Shown piece by piece: positions 36,892 to 47,982 of a stretch of 64,000 nt of DNA. Source of the DNA: Candidatus Zixiibacteriota bacterium (GTDB lineage Bacteria; RBG-13-66-14; B26-G2; WVWN01); the NCBI GenBank assembly GCA_050117845.1, contig JASFLY010000002.1, positions 160,001 to 224,000 of the forward strand. Direction: 5' to 3'. A program made the translations under genes and the position numbers. The notes under the pieces are model-generated. The model was not told the origin of the DNA. It saw only the letters and a program-made list of their open reading frames with translations, and searched no databases. The first letter of the stretch is position 1. Each line of letters begins with the position of its first letter.

Positions 36892-36896
36892 GCGGG

Positions 36897-37409
36897 TTGC
36901 GCCGTTACGGCGTCTCGGCGGCCCTGGTGGCCGTCCTGCTCGCGGCGGACCAGATTACGAAATACCTGGTCGTGCGGAATCTATGGCCGGGGCGCGTGGT
37001 CGAGGTCATCCCCGGCCTACTCAACGTTACCCTCTGCCGCAACACCGGCGGCGCGTTCAGCCTCTTCCCGGATAAACCCGTCATCTTCACCATAATGTCC
37101 TTGATCGCCGTCGGCCTCCTCCTTTACCTGTTCACCCGCTTCGCCGGCAAAACGACGCTATCGCTCGCGGCGGCCACGCTCCTGGCCGGCGCTTTGGGGA
37201 ACCTCGCCGATCGTTTCCGGCTGGGATACGTCGTCGACTTCATCGACCTCCACATCGGCGGCTGGCACTGGTATATTTTCAACATCGCCGACGCGGCCAT
37301 CACCGTGGGCGCGCTGTCCCTCTTCGTTTTCACGTTTCTGGACGAAAGGCGCCGCAGCCGCGAGGCCGAGCCCGCCCCGTCCACAGCCGATAATATCGAT
37401 ACCGAGTAA
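36897..37409 (+). CDS. lspA: Signal peptidase II
   Basis: DQITK, NTGGAFS, GALGNLADR, VVDFID, FNIAD; TTG start inferred. Confidence 0.95.
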   Translation: MRRYGVSAALVAVLLAADQITKYLVVRNLWPGRVVEVIPGLLNVTLCRNTGGAFSLFPDKPVIFTIMSLIAVGLLLYLFTRFAGKTTLSLAAATLLAGALGNLADRFRLGYVVDFIDLHIGGWHWYIFNIADAAITVGALSLFVFTFLDERRRSREAEPAPSTADNIDTE

Positions 37410-37567
37410 TCGGCCACGAGTTAATGCGCGCCACTTACCCGGGGGGCACCTTCTCCTCCCGGGCTTCTTGTTGTCGTAAGGCCGAAAAAAGGCCGTTAAT
37501 AAAAACTATTCCGCGCCGGCCCCGGCCGTAACCTTACTTCGCGAATCAAGTTAGCTTTAAAAAAATA

Positions 37568-37596
37568 TTGACACGGTATACCTATATTGCTATACT
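37568..37596 (+). promoter_or_regulatory. Strong sigma70-type promoter
   Basis: TTGACA-17bp-TATACT with extended -10 TG and AT-rich upstream tract. Confidence 0.8.
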
Positions 37597-37637
37597 GGTC
37601 GATATAATAAAATCCTTATAAGGAGGTGGACCCCCTG

Positions 37638-37874
37638 ATGCGCAATCTTTTAGTCTTCATTTTAGTCGCGTTATTCGCTTGCGGCGGCCTTATGCTCGTT
37701 GGCTGTAAAAAGAAGGAAGAAGTCCCGACCGCCGAAACGGGCGAGGTGATGCCCGAAACCGCTGAAGCCCCTGACACGGAGGAAATGACTCCGACCGCGG
37801 AGGAAACCCCGACGGCCGAAGGTACGGCCGAGGAAGCTCCGACCGCCGAGGGTGAACCCGGAGAAGGCGAGTAG
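37638..37874 (+). CDS. Small acidic low-complexity lipoprotein
   Basis: AAGGAGGT RBS, LVGC lipobox, repeated PTAE/TAE units. Confidence 0.75.
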   Translation: MRNLLVFILVALFACGGLMLVGCKKKEEVPTAETGEVMPETAEAPDTEEMTPTAEETPTAEGTAEEAPTAEGEPGEGE

Positions 37875-37903
37875 TCGGACGAACGTCCGCCAAGCTTTAT
37901 ACG

Positions 37904-37932
37904 ACGGGGCCGCTAATGCGGCCCCGTTTTTT
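37904..37932 (+). terminator. Intrinsic terminator
   Basis: ACGGGGCCGC-TAAT-GCGGCCCCGT-TTTTT. Confidence 0.85.
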
Positions 37933-38017
37933 GCTCCCCTTGCTCGCCACCCGCATTTGTGTTATCATCCGCGGGTAAACGCTCTACTCTAACGCTCTTT
38001 AACCCGGAAAAGGCGCT

Positions 38018-38794
38018 ATGTCACCCCTAACTATCAATAATAAGGAATACGGTTCCCGCCTCCTCCTCGGCACCGGGAAATACGAAGACCTCGACGTTAT
38101 GAAAAAGGCCTTCGACCTGGCCGCTCCCGCCATGGTGACGGTGGCGGTCCGTCGCATCGACCTCGACGCCGTCAAGGAGGGCAAACCCTCACTTCTCGAT
38201 TACATTGACCAGGACAAAATCGAGATCCTACCCAACACCGCCGGCTGTTACACGGCCGACGAGGCGGTACGGGCCGCGCGGCTGGGCCAGGCCGCCGGGT
38301 TCTCCAACCTCGTCAAACTGGAAGTCATCGGCGACAAGAAAACCCTTCTCCCGGACACCGAACAGCTCCTACGCGCCACCGAGACCCTGGTCAAAGAAGG
38401 CTTCGTCGTTCTGCCCTACACCAGCGACGACCCCATCGTGGCCAAGAAATTGGAGGAGGCCGGCGCCGCGGCCATAATGCCGCTCGCCGCGCCCATCGGC
38501 TCCGGCATGGGGATCCAGACCGACCTGAACATCCGCTTCATCATGGAGGAGGCCTCGGTGCCGGTAATCGTCGACGCCGGCGTGGGCACGGCTTCCGACG
38601 CCTGCAAGGCCATGGAAATAGGCGTCGACGGCATCCTGATAAACACGGCCGTAGCGCTCGCCGACGACCCCGTTAAAATGGCCCAGGCCATGCGCGACGG
38701 CGTCGTGGCCGGCCGCCTGGCCTTCGAGGCGGGCCGCATCCCGAAGAAACCGTACGCCTCGGCCTCCAGCCCCGTCGAGGGCGTCGTTAGATGA
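38018..38794 (+). CDS. thiG: Thiazole synthase
   Basis: [40 protein letters not shown]. Confidence 0.97.
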   Translation: MSPLTINNKEYGSRLLLGTGKYEDLDVMKKAFDLAAPAMVTVAVRRIDLDAVKEGKPSLLDYIDQDKIEILPNTAGCYTADEAVRAARLGQAAGFSNLVKLEVIGDKKTLLPDTEQLLRATETLVKEGFVVLPYTSDDPIVAKKLEEAGAAAIMPLAAPIGSGMGIQTDLNIRFIMEEASVPVIVDAGVGTASDACKAMEIGVDGILINTAVALADDPVKMAQAMRDGVVAGRLAFEAGRIPKKPYASASSPVEGVVR

Positions 38795-39435
38795 ACGTCG
38801 TTTTCGTAACACCTGAAGAAACGGACGACAAGCGCCTCCTCGAACTCGCGGAGGAAGCGCTGGACGGCGGCGTGGACGCGGTGCAGCTCCGCCGCAAGGG
38901 CGCCGCGGCCGGGGAACTCTTCCCGCTGGCCAAACTCATCCGGGAACAGGCCGACCGCGCCGGCGCGAAACTATTCGTTAACGACCGCGCCGACGTGGCG
39001 CTGGCCGCCGGGGCCGCCGGCGTTCACCTCGCCGGCCACTCCCTTCCCGTCGCCGCGGCCCGGGCCGTCCTGCCGAAGCCTTTCCAAATCGGCGTTTCGT
39101 GCCACAGCGTGGCCGAGGCGATGCAGGCCCGGACGGAAGGCGCCGACTACGTCTACTTCGGCACGGTCTTCGAGACGGCGTCCAAGCCGGGCGTCAAGGC
39201 CGCCGGCGTGGAGGAACTCTCCCGGGCGTGCAACGAAGTCGACGTCCCGGTCATCGCCATCGGCGGGATAACGGTGGAGAACGTCGGGGCGGTGCTTTCG
39301 GCGGGGGCGTCCGGCGTGGCCGTCATCTCCGCCATCGCGGGCCAGCGTTCGCCCGCGGACGCCGCCGCGGCGCTGGTCGACGCGTTCAAATCGTGGCGGG
39401 GCGAGAAGTACCCCACGATAGAGGTTTCGGAATAA
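38791..39435 (+). CDS. thiE: Thiamine-phosphate synthase (ThiE/TenI family)
   Basis: [39 protein letters not shown]. Confidence 0.9.
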   Translation: MNVVFVTPEETDDKRLLELAEEALDGGVDAVQLRRKGAAAGELFPLAKLIREQADRAGAKLFVNDRADVALAAGAAGVHLAGHSLPVAAARAVLPKPFQIGVSCHSVAEAMQARTEGADYVYFGTVFETASKPGVKAAGVEELSRACNEVDVPVIAIGGITVENVGAVLSAGASGVAVISAIAGQRSPADAAAALVDAFKSWRGEKYPTIEVSE

Positions 39436-39464
39436 TATCGGAAAGGCCGACGTCGCGCGTCACC

Positions 39465-39484
39465 GGCCGCTCGGGCGGCCTTTT
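39465..39484 (+). terminator. Probable intrinsic terminator
   Basis: GGCCGC-TCGG-GCGGCC-TTTT after thiE. Confidence 0.55.
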
Positions 39485-39528
39485 CGTTTGATATTTACCG
39501 GGTAAAAATATTATATTTACCGAACGAT

Positions 39529-40404
39529 ATGGTCGAAAAAGCTAAATCCCTCCAGGACCTCGCCGCCACCCTCTCGGCCTACTGGGCGGGGCGGGATTGC
39601 GTCATCGTCCAGCCGGGCGACGTGGAATCCGGCGCCGGGACCTTCCACGCCGCCACCTTCCTCCGGGCCCTGGGGCCCGAGCCCTGGCGCGCGGCCTTCG
39701 TGTCCCCCTCCCGACGGCCCCGCGACGGCCGCTACGGCGAGAATCCCCATCGCCTCTACCTCCACTACCAGTACCAGGTCGTCCTGAAACCCGCGCCCGA
39801 GGACGTGATGGACCAGTACATAGGCAGCCTGCGCGCCATCGGCATCGAGCCCGAGGAGCACGACCTCCGCTTCGACGAGGACGACTGGGAATCCCCCACG
39901 CTCGGCGCCTGGGGCCTGGGGTGGCAGGTCCTGTTGGACGGCATGGAGATAACGCAGTTCACGTACTTCCAGCAGATGGGCGGCTACGACTGCGACCCGG
40001 TGACCGCGGAGTTGACCTACGGCCTGGAGCGCATCGCCTCCTTCCTGGCGGGAGTGGACAGCCTTTACGACGTGCGCTGGGGCGCCGACCAAACGTACGG
40101 CGATATGCGGCGCCGCGAGGAACGCGAACACTCCGTCTACGCGCTGGACGACGCCGACCCCGAAATCCTGTTTCAGCTTTACGGGATATACGAGGCCGAG
40201 TGCCGCCGGCTGGCGGAGGCCGGCCTGGCCCACCCGGCGCACGACTACCTTCTTAAAAGCTCCCACGCCTTTAACCTCCTCGACGCCCGCGGCGCCATCG
40301 GCGTTACCGAGCGCGCCAACTACATAGGCCGGATCCGGGCGCTGGCCCGGGCCGTGGCCGGGGCCTGGCTGAAACCCGAAGGCGACGGTGAAGACGATGC
40401 CTGA
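39529..40404 (+). CDS. glyQ: Glycine--tRNA ligase alpha subunit
   Basis: [49 protein letters not shown]. Confidence 0.97.
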   Translation: MVEKAKSLQDLAATLSAYWAGRDCVIVQPGDVESGAGTFHAATFLRALGPEPWRAAFVSPSRRPRDGRYGENPHRLYLHYQYQVVLKPAPEDVMDQYIGSLRAIGIEPEEHDLRFDEDDWESPTLGAWGLGWQVLLDGMEITQFTYFQQMGGYDCDPVTAELTYGLERIASFLAGVDSLYDVRWGADQTYGDMRRREEREHSVYALDDADPEILFQLYGIYEAECRRLAEAGLAHPAHDYLLKSSHAFNLLDARGAIGVTERANYIGRIRALARAVAGAWLKPEGDGEDDA

Positions 40405-42550
40405 GGACCGGGCCGACCTTCTGGTCGAAATCGGCTGCGAGGAGTTGCCCCCGGCCGCCGTGGAGGCGGGCCGCTCGGGCCTGGGCCGCGCCGCCGAGAA
40501 GCACCTGCGCGAAAATCGCCTTCCCCCCGAAGAAGTACTGACGTACGCAACGCCCCGACGCCTGGTCCTCCTGGTCCGGGGCGTCCCCCGCGAGCAGGAG
40601 GCCGAGGTTAAAGAGGTCACCGGCCCGCCGAAAAAAGTCGCGTACGACGCCGACGGCAAGCTAACCGCCGCCGGCCTGGGTTTCCTCAAGAAATACGACC
40701 TGGCGGAAGGCCAGATCAAAATAGTCGAGACGGCCAAGGGCGAATACCTGGGCGCGGAGGTGGCTTCGCCCCGCGGCGCGGCCGCGGAGGTCCTGACTGA
40801 ACTCGTCCCCGCGTGCGTCGGCGAATTATCCTTCGCCAAAACGATGCGCTGGCCGCCGGCCGACGTCGCTTTCCCGCGGCCCGTCCGCTGGCTCGTCGGC
40901 CTCTTCGGCGGAGAAGTCGCGCCGTTCGCGTACGCGGGCCTCACCGCCGGCACGGCATCAGCCGGCCACCGGACCATCGCCCCGGGCGAAAAGGACCTCG
41001 CCGGCCTTTTCGCCGACGGCCGCGTGGACCCGGGCGGATTAAAGGGTTTTTACGAGCGCGAACTGGGCGTTGTCCTCGACGCCGGCGACCGGGCCGCACG
41101 CGTGAAAGAAGCCCTCCCCGACGTCGGCGTCCCGGCCGACTACTTCGAACGGGCCGACTTCCATATAAAATGGACCTTCGGCCGCGTCCTGGACGAGGTC
41201 GAGGCGCCGCTGGTCGTGGCCGGCAATTTCGACGAGAAATATCTATCGTTGCCGGCCGAGGTCGTCGAGGCCGCGCTTCTCGGTTACCTTCACCTGTTCC
41301 CGGTATGGGATAAGGAAGGGCGGTTGACGCCGGCGTTCTTCGCCGTATCGAACGCCCGGCCGGACGCGGTCGCCAACGTCCGTGCGGGGCTGGAACGCGT
41401 CCTCGCTGCCCGCCTCGCCGACGCGTCGTACTTCTGGGAAGTGGACTCCGGGACGCCGCCGGACGAGATGGCCGCGGCGCTGGGCGGCGTCGTCTTCGCG
41501 AAGGGCGCCGGGACCGTCGCCGACAAGGCCGCGCGGCTGGGGAAACTCGTGGCCGCGCTCGCGGACGAACTTGACGTCCCGGCCGGGGAGCGGCCCACCC
41601 TCGCCCGGGCCGCCGCCCTGTGCAAGGCCGACCTCACCTCCCAGATGGTTCGCGAGAAAGAGTTCGCCCACCTCCAGGGGACGATGGGCCGGCTCTACGC
41701 CGCGGCCGCGGGGGAGCCGGAGGGCGTCGCCCTCGCCATCGAGGAGCACTACCGTCCCGGCGCGGCGGACGATCCGTTGCCGACGACGCTCGCCGGCCGG
41801 GTCCTCGCGCTCGCCGACCGGGCCGACACGCTGGTCACGCTCTTCGCCGCCGGCCACCGGCCCACGGGCGCCAAGGACCCCTTCGCGCTGCGCCGAGCCG
41901 CCATCGGCCTGTGCCGGATATTGTTAGAGGACGCCGACGGGGCTTTTGCGCCTTTGACGCTGGAGGCCATAGTCGGCCTCGCGGCGAAAGTCGCCGCCTC
42001 CTCCGAGGACGCGGCGACGGACGTGCTCTCGTTCGTCGAAGGGCGCCTGCGCCAGAACTTCCTGGACCGCGGCTACCGGGACGACATGGTCGAGGCCGTA
42101 CTGGCGGGGGAAGGCCGCAAGCCCGCGGACCGGGCAGCCCGGTTGGACGCGCTGGCCTCGTTCTACGAGAACCGAGACGAATACCTCCGTCTGGCCATCG
42201 CCTTCAAGCGGCCCATTAACATCCTGCGCCAGGGGCGCGAGCGCGAGTTGGCGTGGGGGAACTTCGACGAGGGCCTCATAGGCCAGGACGAGGAACGCGC
42301 ACTCCTGGACGAATTCCGGGCCGTGGAGCCAGACGTCGGGGCCGCTATTTCCGGAGGAGACTACGGCCGGGCGCTTGAACTCCTAGCGAAGATGCGGCCG
42401 ACCGTCGACAAATATTTCGACGAAGTAATGGTGATGTGCGAGGACGAAAAGTTGCGGGCCAATCGCCTGGCGATGATGCAGCTCCTCGCCGACCTTTTCC
42501 TCTCCTTCGCCGACTTCACGCGCTTGCGCGGCGAAGAAGATTACGAATAG
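40397..42550 (+). CDS. glyS: Glycine--tRNA ligase beta subunit
   Basis: [26 protein letters not shown]...MV..EF..LQG.MG, DPFALRR, NRL. Confidence 0.96.
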   Translation: MPEDRADLLVEIGCEELPPAAVEAGRSGLGRAAEKHLRENRLPPEEVLTYATPRRLVLLVRGVPREQEAEVKEVTGPPKKVAYDADGKLTAAGLGFLKKYDLAEGQIKIVETAKGEYLGAEVASPRGAAAEVLTELVPACVGELSFAKTMRWPPADVAFPRPVRWLVGLFGGEVAPFAYAGLTAGTASAGHRTIAPGEKDLAGLFADGRVDPGGLKGFYERELGVVLDAGDRAARVKEALPDVGVPADYFERADFHIKWTFGRVLDEVEAPLVVAGNFDEKYLSLPAEVVEAALLGYLHLFPVWDKEGRLTPAFFAVSNARPDAVANVRAGLERVLAARLADASYFWEVDSGTPPDEMAAALGGVVFAKGAGTVADKAARLGKLVAALADELDVPAGERPTLARAAALCKADLTSQMVREKEFAHLQGTMGRLYAAAAGEPEGVALAIEEHYRPGAADDPLPTTLAGRVLALADRADTLVTLFAAGHRPTGAKDPFALRRAAIGLCRILLEDADGAFAPLTLEAIVGLAAKVAASSEDAATDVLSFVEGRLRQNFLDRGYRDDMVEAVLAGEGRKPADRAARLDALASFYENRDEYLRLAIAFKRPINILRQGRERELAWGNFDEGLIGQDEERALLDEFRAVEPDVGAAISGGDYGRALELLAKMRPTVDKYFDEVMVMCEDEKLRANRLAMMQLLADLFLSFADFTRLRGEEDYE

Positions 42551-42598
42551 CCCGGTGGGTCGGGGCGGGGTCGCCGTCGCGCGACACCGGGCCTCGTT

Positions 42599-43516
42599 AT
42601 GGTAATAATACGGCGAAAACCGATTCGCGCGCGAATCCTCAAGGCCGTCAGCTACGGCCTTGTTATCGCCACGCTCGGCGGCCTGGCCCTCTGGGGCTAC
42701 CTCAAGCACCGGGCGACCCCCGGCCGCATCGAGGTAACGCCGCCCCCCGTCGAGGGCGAGCCCGACTTCGCGGGCTTTGACCGCCGGCTGGTTTACGCCA
42801 ACGAGCAGGAACTCCTCGCGCCGCCGGCCTTCCCCTGGAGCCTCGCCGCCGTGTCCCGCTTGCCCCGGGCCGAGGTGGCGGACGTCCGCATCACCTCCTT
42901 CCCGGAGGGCGAAGAGCCCCCGCCGGACCTCGCCGAAATCCTCGCCGCGGGCCTGGCCGAACAGGCTCCCCTCGTCGCCCGGCCCTTCACCCTAGCCGCC
43001 TCGCCGCCCTACCTTATAACGCCGTTAACCGTCGAGATGGAATTCGTGCTGGACGAGGCCGGCGCCACGACGGCCGTCGGCGTCGCCGGAGCGCCGGGCG
43101 ACCTCAACGCCTCCTTCGCCGAACGGGCCACGCGCTTCCTCTTCGAGCCCGAGGCCGCACACGCGAACTTCCTTGCGAACGTTACACTTATCCCTTACCC
43201 GTACGACCGCCTGGTGGCCAGCCGCGGCGGGAAGCCGCTGGCCGTCGAGGAGTATCGCGTACTCTTCCGCGCGTTGCAGTTCAACTCCTTCCCGCTCTAC
43301 GACACCTGCCTCGCCAAGGCCCCGGAACTCCTGACGGCCGAGACCGCCACCGGCGTATCCTTCGCGGTGGACGCCGAGGGGCATCCCGGCGCCCCGGCCT
43401 TCGAGCCGCCGCTGGCCTCGGAAGCGTCCCAGGACGCCCTTACCGCCACCCTGACCGAAATATACCTCCCGGCATCGTTGGCCGGCGCCCGCGTCGAATT
43501 TCTGGTGGGCGGGTAA
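42599..43516 (+). CDS. Hypothetical single-pass membrane protein
   Basis: N-terminal TM helix, Pro-rich, co-oriented in operon. Confidence 0.6.
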   Translation: MVIIRRKPIRARILKAVSYGLVIATLGGLALWGYLKHRATPGRIEVTPPPVEGEPDFAGFDRRLVYANEQELLAPPAFPWSLAAVSRLPRAEVADVRITSFPEGEEPPPDLAEILAAGLAEQAPLVARPFTLAASPPYLITPLTVEMEFVLDEAGATTAVGVAGAPGDLNASFAERATRFLFEPEAAHANFLANVTLIPYPYDRLVASRGGKPLAVEEYRVLFRALQFNSFPLYDTCLAKAPELLTAETATGVSFAVDAEGHPGAPAFEPPLASEASQDALTATLTEIYLPASLAGARVEFLVGG

Positions 43517-43523
43517 AGGGACC

Positions 43524-45533
43524 ATGGCGCTTCGCCGACTCTCTATGAGAAAAAGACGCCTTATCCTGGCCGGGCAGGCGGCGCTGCTGCTCGCCGGCGT
43601 CGCCCTCCTGTCCTGCGGCCCCTGCGGCCGGCCGGACGGGGGCGCCCCGACCACCGCCGGCACCGCCGAAGAAGGTCCCGCCGGCCCGCTCTACGTTACG
43701 ACGTCGCAGCCCTCCTACCTCCGCTACGACATAGTCGAGGTCCGCGTTCGCGCCGACGCCGACGTGGTGGGGGAGCTGACCCCCGACAACACCCGGGGCG
43801 TCATCAAGCGCGACGGCGAGGTCGTGACCACCGTAGGCGGCATCCAGGATCTCACGTTCCGCGCCGGGAAGGACGGCGGCCTCGTCGCCCGCTGGCCCAT
43901 CCCCTGGAACCCGCCCCTCGGCAAGTACTCGGCCGAGGTCGGCGCCGAGACCGCGTCCGGCAAATTCGACGCCGCCGCGGAATTCGAAATAGCGGGCCGC
44001 AAACCCGCCGCCCTGGATAAACCCTTCTGCGTGGTGACGCTCGAATCCGACGGCCGCTGGGAGCGTAAATACCTGGCCTCGCCCGGCGAGAACCACGACT
44101 ATACGGCCCTCGTCGACTGGGCCGAGTTCATGGGCGCGGACGCGTTCTTCACGCTCGTCGGCATCACCAAGGCCATGTACGCGCCGACCATGGAGAACCC
44201 GTGGTACCAGCACAACCTCGACTTCTCCCCCAAACTCGCGGACGAGTGCCACGCCCGCGGCATCAAGTTCGGCGGTTGGATAGGTTCCTTTTTGCCGTAC
44301 GGGAAGACGCAGGTCCCGCTGCCCTACAAGTACTCCCGCAACCTCGTCGAGGGGGAGTTCTGGTACACGTTGCACATCTCGCTCAACGACGAACGGCGCT
44401 TCGCCCAGGTCATAGAACTGGCCCGGACCCTGCAGAACGATCCCCATTACGACTACGTCGGCCTCGACTACATCCGAACCGGCTTCGGCGGCTACGAACT
44501 GGTGGACGAGTTCGTCCGCGACCTCGCCATCGACGTTCCGGCCGACTGGGAGCAGAAGTCCCTCGAGGGACAGATGTGGTGGCTGGTGGCAAAACTCCGA
44601 AGCCGCGACCAGCGCATGATCGAACTCTGGCAGTGGTGGCGGGCCCGCAAGGTCGCGCTGACGGTAAAGCGGATCAAGGACGAGGCCGGGATCACGAAGC
44701 CGCTCTTCGCTTATACCCTCGGCTGGGAGATGGGCCACCAGCACGGCCAGGATATTTTAATGATGAACGACGCCGGCGTCGACTGCTGCATGGTCATGCT
44801 CTACGAGGCCACGAAGGACGAGTACGATTATTTAATTAAGAGGTGGCCCGAGTACCTGGAAGAGGGCCAGGTCAACGCCGTCCCGGGAATCAGCGTCGAC
44901 CGGTATTTATTGCTGAACAAGTGGAATCCTAACGTCAACCAACCTTACGAGATGTTCGACCGTTACCTCGCGGCGGTGGAGGGCTTTTACGGCAAGGGAG
45001 AGTTGGAGGGCCTCTTCTGGCACGACTTCGAACGCGGCCTCTACTCGCGCCGGGGCGAGGAGTTTACCTGCATGGACTACGCCGTCGCCGGCGCGGCGGC
45101 CTTCTCGCGCCTCCGCGAGAAACGCAAGGCCTCGCCGCTCGAGCTTCGGATAACGCGCGTGACCGGGGGCCCCCGCGTAAAAATCACGCTCAAGAACGTC
45201 GGCGACAAGGCGTTGCGCGACGTGGAAGTGTTCATCCCCCAGACCCACGGCATCAACCCCGGCCGCGGGGCCCGAACGACCGTGGCGTCGATCGCGCCGG
45301 GCGAGACGGCCGAACTCACGGTCGCGGCCGGCAGTTGGGACATATCGCGGCGCCACATCGTCGCCGTGTGCGCCGTGTGGGGCGACCGGCCGCGGGACCG
45401 GGCGTTCGACGTGGCCATCGCGACACTGTATCGCCTCCCCAAACCGAAACCGGCCGAGGAGAAGGCCGGCGAAGGCGAACCGGCGGCCGAAAACACCCCC
45501 TCGGCGCCACCTCCGGTTAAAGACTCCTTTTAA
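43524..45533 (+). CDS. Lipoprotein, putative glycoside-hydrolase-like barrel with C-terminal Ig-like domain
   Basis: LLSC lipobox; ECHARGIKFGGW and VGLDYIR patterns; C-terminal ITLKNVG...IAPGET. Confidence 0.65.
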   Translation: MALRRLSMRKRRLILAGQAALLLAGVALLSCGPCGRPDGGAPTTAGTAEEGPAGPLYVTTSQPSYLRYDIVEVRVRADADVVGELTPDNTRGVIKRDGEVVTTVGGIQDLTFRAGKDGGLVARWPIPWNPPLGKYSAEVGAETASGKFDAAAEFEIAGRKPAALDKPFCVVTLESDGRWERKYLASPGENHDYTALVDWAEFMGADAFFTLVGITKAMYAPTMENPWYQHNLDFSPKLADECHARGIKFGGWIGSFLPYGKTQVPLPYKYSRNLVEGEFWYTLHISLNDERRFAQVIELARTLQNDPHYDYVGLDYIRTGFGGYELVDEFVRDLAIDVPADWEQKSLEGQMWWLVAKLRSRDQRMIELWQWWRARKVALTVKRIKDEAGITKPLFAYTLGWEMGHQHGQDILMMNDAGVDCCMVMLYEATKDEYDYLIKRWPEYLEEGQVNAVPGISVDRYLLLNKWNPNVNQPYEMFDRYLAAVEGFYGKGELEGLFWHDFERGLYSRRGEEFTCMDYAVAGAAAFSRLREKRKASPLELRITRVTGGPRVKITLKNVGDKALRDVEVFIPQTHGINPGRGARTTVASIAPGETAELTVAAGSWDISRRHIVAVCAVWGDRPRDRAFDVAIATLYRLPKPKPAEEKAGEGEPAAENTPSAPPPVKDSF

Positions 45534-45546
45534 GCCCACCCCCCAG

Positions 45547-45576
45547 TTGACGCGGAACCCCCTTGTCTTGTAGAAT
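45547..45576 (+). promoter_or_regulatory. Sigma70-type promoter
   Basis: TTGACG-18bp-TAGAAT. Confidence 0.6.
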
Positions 45577-45719
45577 CTACTCGGGGAAAGGGGCAATCAA
45601 ACCAGTTGATTACGAAGCGGAGGGCCCGTCCCCGGATGGGCGGCGGCTCCGCTTTTCGGTTCTCCGGGACCGGCGTTATTAACGCGATATACGATAGCAC
45701 CGCCGAAGGCGATAAAAAA

Positions 45720-46883
45720 ATGCGAATCGCGATATATATAGGTCAACTCGACGTGGGCGGAGCGGAAGGCCAGATAATAGTCCTGGCCGAAGGCCTCCTC
45801 GCCCGGGGCCACGACGTACGCCTTATAACGGACGAGGGCCGGACGGCCGCCGTACCGGAAAAACTCAAGCCGTACCTGGTGACCGTTCCCGCCCGGCCGC
45901 GGCTGGCCCGCTTGCGCGCGCTGGTGCGCACCCTCCGGAGTTTCGACCCGGCCGTGCTGCACTGTCAACTCAGTTCCGCCAACCTCTGGGGAACCATCGC
46001 CGGCCGCCGGGCCCGCGTACCGGTCGTGGTGACGTCATTCCTTTCGACCGACCTCTGGAAGAAACGATACCACTTGTTGCTCGACCGGCTGGTAACCGCC
46101 TGCTCCGCCGGGGTGTTCGTGAACTCGGCGGGCGTGGCGGAGCGTTACCGACGGGTTTTGGGGCGCTCCAATCGTAAGGTCCGTATTATCTACAACGGTG
46201 TCGATACGGCCCGATTCGACGCCAACGCCAAGACGACGGAACACGGGGCGGCCCGCCGTCGGGAACTGGGTATCCCCGCGGACGCTCCGGTCATAATCAA
46301 CGTAGCGAACCTCTTCGCCGTCAAGAACCAGCCGATGCTTCTCGGCGCCGTGGCCGCGTGCCACCGGGGCGTTCCCGAAAACCGGCGGCCTTACGTCCTC
46401 CTGGCGGGCGAGGGGCCGATGCGGCCCACTCTCGAGGAGGAGGCCGGCCGCCTCGGCATCACGCCGTTCGTTCGCTTCCTGGGACAGGTCCGGGACGTGG
46501 CTTCCTACCTCGCGGCAGCGGACATCTTCGTTCTATCATCCCACTCGGAGGGTTTCTCGAACGCGCTGCTCGAGGCGATGGCCTCCTCGCTCGCGTGCGT
46601 CGCCACGGACGTGGGGGGAAACGCCGAGGCGCTGACCGAGGAAACGGGCATAATAGTGCCGCCGGGCGGCGAGGAAGCGCTCGCGGCCGCCCTGGCCAAA
46701 CTGGTCGTCGACGGGTATCGGCGCCGGGAGATGGGCGCGGCGGCCCGCCGCCGGGCGGTCACGACGTTCGGCCTCGACCGCATGATAGACGCGACGGCCT
46801 GCTGGTACCTCGGCCGGCTGGTCTACAGCCGCGGCGCCGAGGGCCTCCGGCGTTGGTACGGCGAGATCGTACCGGCGCAGTAA
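45720..46883 (+). CDS. Glycosyltransferase family 4 (GT-B)
   Basis: GGAE, IYNGVD, SEGFSNALLEAMA, ATDVGG. Confidence 0.92.
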   Translation: MRIAIYIGQLDVGGAEGQIIVLAEGLLARGHDVRLITDEGRTAAVPEKLKPYLVTVPARPRLARLRALVRTLRSFDPAVLHCQLSSANLWGTIAGRRARVPVVVTSFLSTDLWKKRYHLLLDRLVTACSAGVFVNSAGVAERYRRVLGRSNRKVRIIYNGVDTARFDANAKTTEHGAARRRELGIPADAPVIINVANLFAVKNQPMLLGAVAACHRGVPENRRPYVLLAGEGPMRPTLEEEAGRLGITPFVRFLGQVRDVASYLAAADIFVLSSHSEGFSNALLEAMASSLACVATDVGGNAEALTEETGIIVPPGGEEALAAALAKLVVDGYRRREMGAAARRRAVTTFGLDRMIDATACWYLGRLVYSRGAEGLRRWYGEIVPAQ

Positions 46884-46909
46884 CGGCCCGGCCTTTGACG
46901 GCACGATAA

Positions 46910-46933
46910 AAAGCGGCCCCCCGGGGCCGCTTT
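46910..46933. repeat. AGCGGCCCC-nn-GGGGCCGCT palindrome/terminator, copy 1
   Basis: AAAGCGGCCCC-CC-GGGGCCGCTTT. Confidence 0.85.
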
Positions 46934-47129
46934 ATTTCACGCGTTATTCTTACCGGCTTAGTCGCCGCCGCCGTCTATCGCCCCGGCCTCCGGCGAACGC
47001 GCGCCGGCCCGGGAGGGAAGTCCGGCCTACGCCGCGGCGTTCCGACGAAAGGCCGTTGACAACGGGCGCGATTAATGTTACACCATCCTTGGTGAGTTTG
47101 GGTAATTCAACCGAAAGGGAGATGGCTTA

Positions 47130-47780
47130 ATGAAACGATTGGGGATCTTGATAGCCGCGGCGATCGCGGCGGCCTTGGTCACGACAAACTGCTCGGACGA
47201 CGACAACCCGACGGGACCCGGGAACGGCGGCGACGAAGCGAAAACCGGTTATACCTGTTTCATGCCCTTAAACGTAGGCAACAAGTGGACCTACAACAGG
47301 GTTTACCGGCATTCCGTCGGTACTTATAGGGAAGCAACCTTTGAATACGAGGTAGTCTCTACGCTTGAAGACTACCACGGTTACGACGCATATTTAATAC
47401 AGGAAAAAGCATTAGGGCAGGTTGTTTACCGCGTTGCAGGCTGCGACGGCGACAAATGCTACCTTTACACGTGCCCGTGGTGGGAATACCTTATCGAGGA
47501 CGACATGGAGTGGCAAAGCTTTTCCCAAACCGGGTTCTTTTCCCCCTACCGGCTAAAGTACAACAGCATCGAGAATATCTCGGTCCCAGCCGGGACTTTC
47601 AACGACTGCAAACAACTCAACACGGTATTTTACCCCACCAGCAGCACGAGCGAAACTCACACGGAATACTACGCCCGGGACGTGGGCCTGGTCAACGCCA
47701 TATTATACTACGATAGCGGCGGAACCTATTGGTATTCGTACGAGTATAAATTGACGAGTTACCACATCGTTTCCCCTTAG
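47130..47780 (+). CDS. Lipoprotein (DUF3108/TapB-like beta domain)
   Basis: TTNC lipobox, MPLNVGNKWTY...VPAGTF.DC...YYARDVGLV. Confidence 0.78.
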   Translation: MKRLGILIAAAIAAALVTTNCSDDDNPTGPGNGGDEAKTGYTCFMPLNVGNKWTYNRVYRHSVGTYREATFEYEVVSTLEDYHGYDAYLIQEKALGQVVYRVAGCDGDKCYLYTCPWWEYLIEDDMEWQSFSQTGFFSPYRLKYNSIENISVPAGTFNDCKQLNTVFYPTSSTSETHTEYYARDVGLVNAILYYDSGGTYWYSYEYKLTSYHIVSP

Positions 47781-47806
47781 TAGCAACCGGCATACTTACG
47801 ATAAAG

Positions 47807-47829
47807 AGCGGCCCCGTGGGGCCGCTTTT
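47807..47829. repeat. AGCGGCCCC-nn-GGGGCCGCT palindrome/terminator, copy 2
   Basis: AGCGGCCCC-GT-GGGGCCGCTTTT, preceded by ACGATAAA as in copy 1. Confidence 0.85.
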
Positions 47830-47982
47830 CGCATCTATATCGGGGCCGACGTGTGCAAAACTCCTATCCTGAACTTTACTTTTCAAAGCATTGTAATACG
47901 ATAACATTAAACCGAATTTGACAACGTCGGAAAATTGTGCTAAATAATAGGAAACGACAGCTAAATTTACGAGGAGGATCAA

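Noticed and set aside
37933..38017. TPP riboswitch upstream of thiG
   Set aside because: The conserved CUGAGA and related TPP motifs are absent and the leader is short; thiS was also not seen here
47010..47030. RNase P RNA-like GAGGGAAGTCCGG motif
   Set aside because: The intergenic space is too short and no matching 3' P4 strand was seen
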